Below, piece by piece: positions 53,248-61,977 of a DNA stretch of 64,000 bases. The notes beneath the pieces are model-generated. The model did no database searches and had not been told where the DNA came from. It was given only the letters and a program-made list of their open reading frames with translations. Within the stretch, counting starts at the first letter, position 1; each line of letters begins with the position of its first letter. The position numbers and the translations under genes were made by a program. The DNA lies in the NCBI GenBank assembly GCA_011390345.1, contig JAABSP010000006.1:35108-99107 (forward strand). The letters run 5' to 3'. The DNA is from Desulfobacteraceae bacterium (GTDB lineage Bacteria > Desulfobacterota > Desulfobacteria > Desulfobacterales > JAABSP01).

Positions 53248-55701
53248 ATGACCGAACAACAGATCGACCTTCCCGTCACCGGGATGACCTGCGCCAACTG
53301 CGCGGCCAATATCGAACGGGGATTGAAAAAACTCGGAGGCGTCGCGGACGCCAATGTCAACTTTGCATCGGAAAAGGCGTCAGTCCGCTTCGACCCGGAT
53401 GCGATTCCGATGGAGGAGATCCTGGAGAGGATCGACAAACTCGGCTACGGGGTTGCAAAGACGAAGATCGAAATCCCCGTCACCGGGATGACCTGTACCA
53501 ACTGCGCTGCCAATATCGAAAGAACCCTGAACAAAAAGGTCTCCGGCGTCGTGGATGCCTCGGTCAGCTTCGCGTCCGAACGGGCGTCGGTGGAATACCT
53601 TGCGTCGGAGACGAACCTCGATGAGATCATCGCGGCCATCGAGAAGGCCGGCTACGGCGCGATCCGTCCCGATACCGGAGACGAGGACGGGCAAGCCGAT
53701 GCAGAGCAGGCCGCGCGGGATGCGGAGATCAAAGATCAGACCCGGAAGTTCACTGTCGGATTGATCTTCACCCTGCCGCTCTTTCTGCTGAGCATGGGAA
53801 GAGATTTCGGCCTCATCGGCCCCTGGAGCCACGCGCCCTGGGTCAACTGGCTCTTCCTCCTTCTTGCCACTCCGGTGCAGTTCTACACCGGCTGGGACTA
53901 CTATGTGGGCAGCTACAAGAGCCTGAGAAACAAGACCGCGAACATGGATGTGCTGGTGTCAATGGGCTCGTCCGTAGCATATTTCTACTCTCTGGCCTTG
54001 ATGCTCTTTCCGATGCTCGGAGATCATGTCTATTTCGAAACCTCTGCAGTGATCATCACCCTGATCAAGCTGGGCAAACTGCTGGAAGCCCGCACCAAGG
54101 GCAAGACCGGCGGCGCGATCCGAAAGCTCATGGGGCTGCGGCCCAAGACCGCGACCATCATCGAAGAGGGCGAGGAAAAGAGCGTTCCCCTGACCCGGGT
54201 AAAGGCCGGAGACACGGTGATGGTGCGCCCCGGAGAGCGGATTCCCGTGGACGGCGAGGTGACATCTGGCGAATCATCGGTGGACGAGTCCATGCTCACC
54301 GGCGAGCCGATCCCGGTGGACAAGACCCAAGGCGACACGGTGGTCGGCGGAACCATCAACGGCGAGGGAACCCTCCGCTTCACCGCAACCCGCGTCGGCA
54401 AGGAGACGGCCCTTGCCCAGATCATCCGGCTGGTGCAGGAGGCCCAGGGGAGCAAGGCCCAGATCCAGGCCATCGCGGACCGGGTCGCGGCCGTTTTCGT
54501 TCCCGTGGTCATTCTCATTGCCTTTGTCACCTTCGGCATCTGGTGGGGGATAACCGGCGAGTTCGTCCCCGCCATGATCCGCCTGGTCGCGGTCCTGGTG
54601 ATCGCCTGTCCCTGTGCATTGGGTCTTGCCACCCCCACTGCGATCATGGCCGGAACCGGCAAGGGCGCGGAGAACGGCATCCTCTTCAAGAAGAGCCAGG
54701 CCCTGGAGACAGCGACCAAGCTCTCATCGATAGTCTTCGACAAGACCGGAACCATCACCCAGGGCGCGCCCACGGTGGTGGATACGATCTTCTACCCCCC
54801 TTATATAAAGGATGAAACGGAACTGCTCCGGCTGGCCGCATCCGCGGAGAGCGGCTCCGAGCATCCCCTGGGCAGGGCCATTGTTGCCTCGGCAAAGGAG
54901 CGGGGCATCGAACTTGCAGAGGCGCAGAAATTCAAGGCTGTCAAAGGCTTTGGAGTGGAGGCCGAAGTGGATGGAAAGCCCCTGAAGATCGGAAAACCGA
55001 AGTGGTTCGATCAGAATGAGATCGAGCCGGAGACCGCGGAGAAGATCACCGCGCTCCAGTCCGAGGGCAGAACCGTGATGGTGGTGATGGCAGAGGGAGG
55101 AACCGCGGGCTTGATCTCCGTGTCGGATGTTTTAAAGCCCGAGTCTGCATCCGCGATCGCAAAGCTCCACGAGCAGAATATCGAAGTGGTGATGATCACC
55201 GGCGACAACGAGAAGGCCGCCAGAGCCATCGGAAAAGAGGTAGGGATCGACGAGATATTTGCAGAAGTCCGGCCCGAGGAGAAGTCGGAAAAGGTCAAAG
55301 CCCTTCAGGAAAGGGGCGGCCTGGTCGGCATGGTGGGCGACGGCATCAACGATGCCCCGGCCCTGGCCCAGGCCGATGTCGGCTTTGCCATCGGCACGGG
55401 CACGGATGTGGCCATCGAGACCGGCGACGTGATACTGTCATCAGGAAGCCTCACCGGAATCCCAAAGGCCATCGCACTGAGCCGCGCCACCATGAGAACC
55501 ATCCGGCAGAACCTCTTCTGGGCATTTTTTTACAATGTGATGCTCATCCCGGTGGCCGCAGGGGTACTCTATCCCTTCGAGTTCTTTCCCGGCTTCCTGC
55601 GGCAGCTCCATCCGATTCTGGCGGCATTTGCAATGGCCTTTTCCAGTATTTCGGTGGTGACAAACAGCCTGAGATTGTATAGAACGAAGGTGATCGAATG
55701 A
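53248..55701 (+). CDS. copA: Cu+-exporting P1B-type ATPase with two N-terminal HMA domains
   Basis: Two GMTC(A/T)NCA metal-binding domains. Also the CPC motif ([12 protein letters not shown]), [13 protein letters not shown], and the YN and MxxSS motifs of P1B-1 pumps. Confidence 0.95.
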   Translation: MTEQQIDLPVTGMTCANCAANIERGLKKLGGVADANVNFASEKASVRFDPDAIPMEEILERIDKLGYGVAKTKIEIPVTGMTCTNCAANIERTLNKKVSGVVDASVSFASERASVEYLASETNLDEIIAAIEKAGYGAIRPDTGDEDGQADAEQAARDAEIKDQTRKFTVGLIFTLPLFLLSMGRDFGLIGPWSHAPWVNWLFLLLATPVQFYTGWDYYVGSYKSLRNKTANMDVLVSMGSSVAYFYSLALMLFPMLGDHVYFETSAVIITLIKLGKLLEARTKGKTGGAIRKLMGLRPKTATIIEEGEEKSVPLTRVKAGDTVMVRPGERIPVDGEVTSGESSVDESMLTGEPIPVDKTQGDTVVGGTINGEGTLRFTATRVGKETALAQIIRLVQEAQGSKAQIQAIADRVAAVFVPVVILIAFVTFGIWWGITGEFVPAMIRLVAVLVIACPCALGLATPTAIMAGTGKGAENGILFKKSQALETATKLSSIVFDKTGTITQGAPTVVDTIFYPPYIKDETELLRLAASAESGSEHPLGRAIVASAKERGIELAEAQKFKAVKGFGVEAEVDGKPLKIGKPKWFDQNEIEPETAEKITALQSEGRTVMVVMAEGGTAGLISVSDVLKPESASAIAKLHEQNIEVVMITGDNEKAARAIGKEVGIDEIFAEVRPEEKSEKVKALQERGGLVGMVGDGINDAPALAQADVGFAIGTGTDVAIETGDVILSSGSLTGIPKAIALSRATMRTIRQNLFWAFFYNVMLIPVAAGVLYPFEFFPGFLRQLHPILAAFAMAFSSISVVTNSLRLYRTKVIE

Positions 55702-55772
55702 TTCGGTCTTCTCGATTTCCGGAAGTCCGTTGTAATAGAATGGATTGAGGGAACATATAACAGGATACAATA

Positions 55773-57077
55773 ATGACGCAACCGCACCAACAGCTCTCTC
55801 TGCTCCCTGATGAAGGGAATTCAATAAAAAGGACCCAGCGGTCCGGCAGTTTTGTGGACAACATGAAACTGCCGGTTCACCGATGGTTTCGATATTCCGC
55901 GGGTTTTTCTGCCGAATGGGTGGAAAGCCTCCTCGATGACCCAAAAAAGGGTCGGCCTCAATGTGTTTTCGATCCTTTTGCAGGTTCCGGTACAACCCTT
56001 CTTGCCTGCGATAAACACAATATCGAAAGCATCGGCGTTGAAGCCCATCCCTTTGTCTGCCGAATTGCCGGAGCCAAGCTCTTATGGGACAGTTCCATCG
56101 AAACCTTTGATAGATTTTCAAAAGAGGTCATTCGGTTGTCCCAGGAACTTCCGGACGGGAATGGTAATGGCAATTATCCGGACCTGATCCACAAATGTTT
56201 TCTCCCGGAGGCATTGAAGAAGTTGGACGGCTTGAAGCGGGCATGGCTACGTCTCAATGACGGCAGTACCGCTTCTGCGCTGACATGGCTGGTTCTGACT
56301 GCCATTCTGCGGCCATCATCTCATGCTGGAACCGCACAATGGCAATATATCCTGCCGAACAAATCGAAAAAGGCGATCCTCGATCCTTTGGAGGCGTTCT
56401 CGGCCCAGCGGTATCAGATGATGTCAGACATGCAGTATCTGCAGGGCAGGTCTTCAAAATCTCGATCAACACTCTTACAGGCCGATGCCAGGAACCTTGC
56501 GGAGATTCCTCCGGAATCGGTGGATCTGATTATCACATCCCCGCCTTATGCCAACAATTACGACTATGCGGATGCCACACGCTTCGAACTTTCCTTCTGG
56601 GGCCAGGTCCGGAGCTGGGGAGATCTGCACGACGCTGCCCGCAAGTATCTGATCCGCTCCTCTTCTCAGCATGCAGCAAAGGAAAAACTGAAGCTGGAGG
56701 AGGTATTGGCCGCTCCGGAACTGGAACCGATTCGAGCGGAGCTGACAGATGTCTGTGAAAAACTGGCCAAAGAGCGCCTTCATCATGGAGGAAAGAAGCA
56801 TTATCACACAATGATTGCCGCGTATTTTGCAGATATGGCAAAGGTCTGGTCGGAACTTTCCCGCATCACCCGACCCGCTGCCATGTCCTGCTTTGTGATC
56901 GGCGATTCCGCACCATACGGAATTTATGCGCCGGTGGACAGATGGCTGGGGGAACTTGCCGTCGCCGTCGGATTCAAGCGGTACCGGTTCGAAAAGCTGA
57001 GGGATCGAAATATCAAATGGAAAAATAGAACCCACCGCATCCCATTGCATGAGGGAAGGCTCTGGGTGGAGAAATAG
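55773..57077 (+). CDS. N6-adenine / N4-cytosine DNA methyltransferase (motif I, then a long insert, then motif IV; alpha-like order)
   Basis: AdoMet motif VFDPFAGSGTT near the N-terminus and the catalytic motif DLIITSPPYANNYDY about 190 aa later. Confidence 0.85.
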   Translation: MTQPHQQLSLLPDEGNSIKRTQRSGSFVDNMKLPVHRWFRYSAGFSAEWVESLLDDPKKGRPQCVFDPFAGSGTTLLACDKHNIESIGVEAHPFVCRIAGAKLLWDSSIETFDRFSKEVIRLSQELPDGNGNGNYPDLIHKCFLPEALKKLDGLKRAWLRLNDGSTASALTWLVLTAILRPSSHAGTAQWQYILPNKSKKAILDPLEAFSAQRYQMMSDMQYLQGRSSKSRSTLLQADARNLAEIPPESVDLIITSPPYANNYDYADATRFELSFWGQVRSWGDLHDAARKYLIRSSSQHAAKEKLKLEEVLAAPELEPIRAELTDVCEKLAKERLHHGGKKHYHTMIAAYFADMAKVWSELSRITRPAAMSCFVIGDSAPYGIYAPVDRWLGELAVAVGFKRYRFEKLRDRNIKWKNRTHRIPLHEGRLWVEK

Positions 57078-57098
57078 AGGAGGCGGAACAGACAGAAG

Positions 57099-58004
57099 AT
57101 GGTTCGCAGATTCAATGCATCTTCCGGGCATAAGCTCGGACAGCTCGTCGGAGACTGGTTTGAACGGTATTTCGTCCTTCCGCTTCTTGAAAAGGTGAGC
57201 GATGAACTGGGGCTGTATCTGGATCATCGCTTCAAAAAACGACCGGCAAGAGGCGACAAGATCCTTTGGCGGGATGAAGACGGCAATATCGTAGATTATG
57301 ATTTCGTTCTGGAACTGAAAGGAGCCGATGAGAAGATCGGCATACCCGTCGGTTTCATGGAATGCTTTTGGCGCAGAGGTTCCCGCCATTCCAAAGACAA
57401 GGCAAGAGATGACAGCGGAAAGTTGCTGCCCATGCGGAAGACTTACCCTTCGGCAAGATTTCTGGGCATCATTGCTTCTGGTGATTTTACCGCACCTGCC
57501 CGGGAACTGATCCTGAGCCGGAAGATCGACCTGTTCTATCTGCCGAAGGAGCGGATTGTAGAGGCTTTTGCCCATCATGGCCTGATCATTGATTATCCGG
57601 ATACTGCGTCGGAAAAGGAAAAAAGAGCGATCGCGAAACAGTTCGGAAAGCAGTTTTCCGAATCGAGGAAGGTAGCTGTCAGCCAAACCCTTTATCAGCA
57701 GGTCGGACATGTGGCGATTGATTCCTATCTGCATCGGGTGCGGGCGACACTGAGTTCCCTTCCGCAGGAGATCCGTCTCATCCTTCGAGATGAGTACGCG
57801 CCGATGATTTTCGATTCCGTGGGCAAGGTCTCCGATTTTCTGGAAGGGCCGTCATTTGATAAGGCCGATCCGAAGGAGAATTATCTCTATCAGATCACCT
57901 ACAGCGACGGAACCGACTTCGAAGGATATGCAGCGTCTCTTGAAGAATTGAAAAGGATGCACGAGGACATTGCGGAGCTGACGGACCATATGAACCGTTT
58001 GTGA
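57099..58004 (+). CDS. Putative type II restriction endonuclease partner
   Basis: It lies 21 nt downstream of the methyltransferase on the same strand. A candidate PD-(D/E)xK core is present (NIVDYDFVLELKG). I recognise no family, so the call rests on context. Confidence 0.4.
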   Translation: MVRRFNASSGHKLGQLVGDWFERYFVLPLLEKVSDELGLYLDHRFKKRPARGDKILWRDEDGNIVDYDFVLELKGADEKIGIPVGFMECFWRRGSRHSKDKARDDSGKLLPMRKTYPSARFLGIIASGDFTAPARELILSRKIDLFYLPKERIVEAFAHHGLIIDYPDTASEKEKRAIAKQFGKQFSESRKVAVSQTLYQQVGHVAIDSYLHRVRATLSSLPQEIRLILRDEYAPMIFDSVGKVSDFLEGPSFDKADPKENYLYQITYSDGTDFEGYAASLEELKRMHEDIAELTDHMNRL

Positions 58005-58303
58005 GGTCATTCCAAAGGAATGAGCAAAAAATGCACACCTTTTCCATTATCGGAAAATATTTACCCACATACAGATTTAACGCCTTTTGAACCAGCTTCG
58101 ACGAAATTGTCGAGGCAGATCGCCGATTGTCGAAGGGTTTTCCCATTTCCGAGGGGTGCGCACTCGCATCTTTCGGCAATAACAACCTCTTCCGGTAAAT
58201 TGACCTGGGTTGGCATCCGATTTGCATGTATAATTTACCGAGAGTGAATAAGAAAGGTAAAACAACAATAACGATCAAACCAACGATCAAGGAGGTAAAC
58301 GGT

Positions 58304-59239
58304 ATGAAAATCAGATGGATGGTATTTTTTCTGGCGGTTCTGATGCTGGTTCCGATACAGGCGATGGCGCGGCAGGGAGGTCATCAGGGCGGTTATGGCG
58401 GAAATGACGGATATGGGCAGGGAGCCTACGGCAGCACGGTTCCCGGCACAGTCCCCTCTTCTCCCATGACAGATGATGACCAGAGCCTATATGGTCCTGG
58501 CTCCGGGATGGGAATTCCTCAGGACAACAGCGGAGATCTTAACAATTTTCATCACATGGGCGGCAACGGGTACGGCTGGCAGGAACATGCCGCGTATCAG
58601 ACCCGCGGCCCTGTGGGGGCAGGAATGCAGCACTATTATGGATTCGATGTCTCGACCGAAGAAGATCCCTTTGTCCATCCGGGCCGGTTCGGCCAGGCGA
58701 CCGGCGGCATGCGGTTTGTGGATGATAACGGAGACGGTATCGCGGACATCGTCCAGAATACTGAACTTTTCCATTCCTTTGATTTCGGCGAGTTTGTCGA
58801 TGAGAACGGAGATTCCATCCATGATCCTCTTCAGACCTGGGAGACATATCAAGCACTTGGGTTGAAAAACTTTGTCGATGCCGATGGTGACGGCCTCTGC
58901 GACAATTATGTCGAGGGGATAGGCTTCCGCGGACAAGGGTTCCACCGGTATGAGAACTTCGATGTGGATATCAGCGAAGATCCCTTTGTCCATCCGGGCC
59001 AGTTCGGCCAGGTGACGGGCGGCATGCGGTTTGTGGATGAGAACGGAGACGGGATCGCGGACATCGTACAGAATACGGAGCTGTTCCACTCCTTTGATTT
59101 CGGCGAGTTTGCCGATGAGAACGGAGACACCATCCATGATGCCTTCGAGACCTGGGACATGTATAACGCGCTCGGGATGAGAAACTTCCTGGATGCGGAC
59201 GGAGACGGCCTCTGCGACAACTATCAGTGGAATTTCTAA
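58304..59239 (+). CDS. Secreted protein with Gly-rich N-region and two 105-aa repeats carrying DxDGDG calcium-loop motifs
   Basis: I moved the start to MKIRWMVFFLAVLMLVPIQAMA after AAGGAGG. Each repeat carries VDDNGDGIAD, VDENGD(S/T)IHD and DADGDGLCDNY (EF-hand/dockerin-like loops). Confidence 0.65.
   Translation: MKIRWMVFFLAVLMLVPIQAMARQGGHQGGYGGNDGYGQGAYGSTVPGTVPSSPMTDDDQSLYGPGSGMGIPQDNSGDLNNFHHMGGNGYGWQEHAAYQTRGPVGAGMQHYYGFDVSTEEDPFVHPGRFGQATGGMRFVDDNGDGIADIVQNTELFHSFDFGEFVDENGDSIHDPLQTWETYQALGLKNFVDADGDGLCDNYVEGIGFRGQGFHRYENFDVDISEDPFVHPGQFGQVTGGMRFVDENGDGIADIVQNTELFHSFDFGEFADENGDTIHDAFETWDMYNALGMRNFLDADGDGLCDNYQWNF
58633..59226. repeat. Intragenic duplication, two units with 315-bp period
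   Basis: GAAGATCCCTTTGTCCATCCGGGCC occurs at 58661 and 58976, and the flanking sequence is highly similar over about 270 bp per unit. Confidence 0.85.
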
Positions 59240-59278
59240 TTCCGACTGCCGTAAATAAAGAGTTATAAGACAATAGAA

Positions 59279-59311
59279 GGGAGGGGAGACATCGGTTTCC
59301 CCTCCCTTTTT
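59279..59311 (+). terminator. Rho-independent terminator
   Basis: GGGAGGGGA (59279-59287) pairs with TCCCCTCCC (59298-59306), followed by TTTTT. Confidence 0.7.
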
Positions 59312-59604
59312 CCATTTATCCGATGCTGTTCCTCATTCTGTTCCTCATTCTATTCTTCAGCAAGAACCTTTCCCGCAGAGATCACGGTTCGAAATCCCAC
59401 ATCCTCATAAGCCTCCCAGGCCGACCGCCGCACGGATGTCTCAACATCGATCAACAGGCCTTGGAATTAGTTATATCGATGTATAAACAAGCACTTAAAA
59501 TCAATTCCTTGTCGGATTCCCCAAGGGTATGATAATCTGAAAGATATTATGTAGCGGAATGCTCTTATAAAATACTACGCTACAGAAACCATAGCGTCAA
59601 GGAG

Positions 59605-59961
59605 GTGCTTACACGCATGCATCGCTGCCGCAGAGCGTCAAAACTTTTTTTACTGCTTCTTTTAGCTTTTTCGGTGATGTCGATTGATTGGACGGCTGAT
59701 CCCGGCAGATCGGCGTTCCCTGGAATCGAAACAGTCCAGGCCGCTGACGGATCTGCCGATATCCAATGGTTCAAAGAGGAGATGAGAATCTCGCCGAAAT
59801 ACCTCGAAAAGGAGGAGGGGGTTCTCGGAATGACCTGGGCTCATTTCTTTACGATGCTCTTCCTTGTCCTCTTTCTGATCGGAACGCTGATCCTCTACTA
59901 TCGCCGAAACAAGAGAACAAATGAAATTCTTCAATCCCTGTTGCAAGAGGAGAAATCATGA
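59605..59961 (+). CDS. Hypothetical bitopic membrane protein
   Basis: N-terminal signal or anchor (LFLLLLLAFSVMSI) and a C-terminal TM segment (FFTMLFLVLFLIGTLILYY). Its stop overlaps the ferredoxin start (ATGA). Confidence 0.4.
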   Translation: MLTRMHRCRRASKLFLLLLLAFSVMSIDWTADPGRSAFPGIETVQAADGSADIQWFKEEMRISPKYLEKEEGVLGMTWAHFFTMLFLVLFLIGTLILYYRRNKRTNEILQSLLQEEKS

Positions 59962-60218
59962 GTTTCACTGTTGAATTCAAGAAATCGGGAAAGAAGCTCC
60001 CGTGGGATGACAAATACGAAAGCCTGCTGGAGATGGCCGAGGAGAATGGCGTGGAGATCGAATATCAGTGTCGGGAGGGATACTGCGGCGAATGCAAGAC
60101 ACGGCTGATCTCCGGCGATGTGAAGATGGAAGATGACAGCGGACTGGAGGATACGGATGAGGGAATGATTCTTCCCTGCGTATCCAGGCCCAAAACCGAT
60201 ATCGTTCTCGATGCATAG
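59958..60218 (+). CDS. Plant-type 2Fe-2S ferredoxin
   Basis: CREGYCGECK...LPC gives the Cx4Cx2C...C ligand pattern. 86 aa. Confidence 0.8.
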   Translation: MSFTVEFKKSGKKLPWDDKYESLLEMAEENGVEIEYQCREGYCGECKTRLISGDVKMEDDSGLEDTDEGMILPCVSRPKTDIVLDA

Positions 60219-60236
60219 CAGATTGGCATATCCACC

Positions 60237-60974
60237 ATGATTGACGAAAAAAGAGTCACGCCGATCCTTTCCGCGGCCTTTGTCGGGCTTGTCTTCGCAT
60301 TTCTGCTCTTCCCCTTGCCGATCGCAGGCGGCAGCTTTGTCGGCCACTGGATCGGCATTCTGGGAACGGTTCTGATGGGATTGACCCTGGTCTATCCCTA
60401 CCGGAAGCGGATTCTCGGAAAGAAGGGAAAGAAGAACCCGCTCTCTTCCCATATCTACTACGGCCTCATCGGCCCTTCTCTGGTCGTGATCCATTCGGGC
60501 CATCGGATTTCCGCAACCATCGGGATGTTCATCTTTGTGGCGATGCTGCTGGTGGTCCTGAGCGGTATCGTTGGAAAGGTGCTCTTCAAGAAGGTGAGCC
60601 GTTCCGCCAAGGATCAGAAGAATGATCTGGAGCGGCTCAACCGGCTGTTTCAGGAGAAGCGGAAAGAGATCCGCCGCGAAGATATCCGCCGGTTTCTCGA
60701 GGGAGAGGCGCTGATGGTGGGGTATGAAGCGTCGGCCGCTTCTGATGCTCCCGAAGAGAATCCGTATCGGGATGCGGTATGGCAGCAGTGCGAGGAGCTT
60801 CAGCGGATCGGGGCCGCGGTCGCGGAAGAGGAGGAAGCCCTCAAAGCCATTACCTCGCTGAAGAGCTTCTTCACCTGGTGGATTCAGATCCACATCTACC
60901 TTTCGATCTTTCTCTTCGCGATGATTTTGGTTCATGTGCTGACAACCTTCTATTACGGCTTTCGGTGGCTATAG
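60237..60974 (+). CDS. Hypothetical 5-TM membrane protein with intramembrane histidines and a cytoplasmic coiled-coil insert
   Basis: TM segments contain HWIGIL, SSHIYYG, VVIHSGH, IQIHIY and ILVHVL. I recognise no family. Confidence 0.5.
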   Translation: MIDEKRVTPILSAAFVGLVFAFLLFPLPIAGGSFVGHWIGILGTVLMGLTLVYPYRKRILGKKGKKNPLSSHIYYGLIGPSLVVIHSGHRISATIGMFIFVAMLLVVLSGIVGKVLFKKVSRSAKDQKNDLERLNRLFQEKRKEIRREDIRRFLEGEALMVGYEASAASDAPEENPYRDAVWQQCEELQRIGAAVAEEEEALKAITSLKSFFTWWIQIHIYLSIFLFAMILVHVLTTFYYGFRWL

Positions 60975-60975
60975 C

Positions 60976-61623
60976 ATGGATTACAGGAAGCTGATCACCA
61001 AAATTGTTCTTCTGGTCCTCATCTTTTCGATCTCGCTGTGGCTCTTTTTTGATGAGGAGGCCGCACAGCCAGGAGCTTTGAGTTATTCCCATGCGGAAAA
61101 TGCCGCGTGTGAAGATTGTCATGTGCCGTGGCGGGGCGTTTCAAATGACATGTGTCTGGGATGCCATGATCCGGAGGAAACAGCTCAGGCCAAGCCGAAA
61201 CTTCGTTTTCACGAGACAGGCTGGCGCTGCCTCGAATGCCATACCGAGCATCAGTCTAGAATTACAGCGATGGATCATACCCTTTTAAACGGCGATCTTC
61301 TCTGCTCCCAGTGCCATCTCGATCCCCACGACGGCCTTTTCGGTGCGGAGTGCCGGGAGTGTCACGGAATAAGAACATGGAACATTCCGGCCTTCCGCCA
61401 TCCGCCGGCGGATCGGGGAAATTGCAACCGCTGCCATCGACCGCCGTTTTCCCACACTGATCCGCATCTCTGGTCCCTGATTCAAAAAGAGCACGAGGAG
61501 ACCGCGGGAAGGAGACTCGAATCTCCCGGGGACTGCCGGCGCTGCCATGTGACCCATGACTGGCGTCATCAGCGGATGAAGCATGTGCTCGCGGAAGACG
61601 GGAAGAACGGAAAGGAAGAATAG
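60976..61623 (+). CDS. Membrane-anchored heptaheme c-type cytochrome
   Basis: Seven CXXCH motifs in 215 aa: CEDCH, CLGCH, CLECH, CSQCH, CRECH, CNRCH, CRRCH. N-terminal TM anchor. The start lies 2 nt after the upstream stop. Confidence 0.85.
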   Translation: MDYRKLITKIVLLVLIFSISLWLFFDEEAAQPGALSYSHAENAACEDCHVPWRGVSNDMCLGCHDPEETAQAKPKLRFHETGWRCLECHTEHQSRITAMDHTLLNGDLLCSQCHLDPHDGLFGAECRECHGIRTWNIPAFRHPPADRGNCNRCHRPPFSHTDPHLWSLIQKEHEETAGRRLESPGDCRRCHVTHDWRHQRMKHVLAEDGKNGKEE

Positions 61624-61626
61624 AAG

Positions 61627-61953
61627 ATGAAATATTTTTGGAACCGTGCATTGCCGACCCTGCTGCTCTCATCGACAATGGCAGGATGCATGCACAGCAG
61701 CAGATACGGGGACCGGCATATGTTTCCGGGCTTTTCCGGAGGATGGGGGATGGGATTTATGGGTATTCTGTTCTGGATTATCATTGTTGCGGCAATCGTC
61801 CTGCTGGTCCGAATGGTCAAGCAGGGGCAAGGCGGCGGGAATCCAGTAGACCGGAAGGAGCGGACCCCGCTGGAGGTTTTAAAGGAACGGTATGCACGCG
61901 GCGAGATCGACAAAGAGGAGTACGAGTCAAAACGTAACGATCTTTTGGAATAG
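61627..61953 (+). CDS. SHOCT-domain membrane lipoprotein
   Basis: Lipobox STMAGC, one TM segment, and the C-terminal motif PLEVLKERYARGEIDKEEYESKRNDLL (SHOCT). Confidence 0.75.
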   Translation: MKYFWNRALPTLLLSSTMAGCMHSSRYGDRHMFPGFSGGWGMGFMGILFWIIIVAAIVLLVRMVKQGQGGGNPVDRKERTPLEVLKERYARGEIDKEEYESKRNDLLE

Positions 61954-61977
61954 ATCATCGAAGAGAAAAGAAAGGGC

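Noticed and set aside
56475-57734. A 419-aa minus-strand ORF across the R-M pair.
   Set aside because: It spans the methyltransferase/endonuclease junction on the opposite strand. The methyltransferase motifs (FDPFAGSGTT, TSPPY) fix the plus strand as coding.
59329-59352. A 2 x 12-bp GTTCCTCATTCT repeat inside a 69-aa ORF (59323..59532).
   Set aside because: It is a short duplication just downstream of a terminator. The ORF has no RBS and an implausible sequence. I did not consider it a gene or an element.
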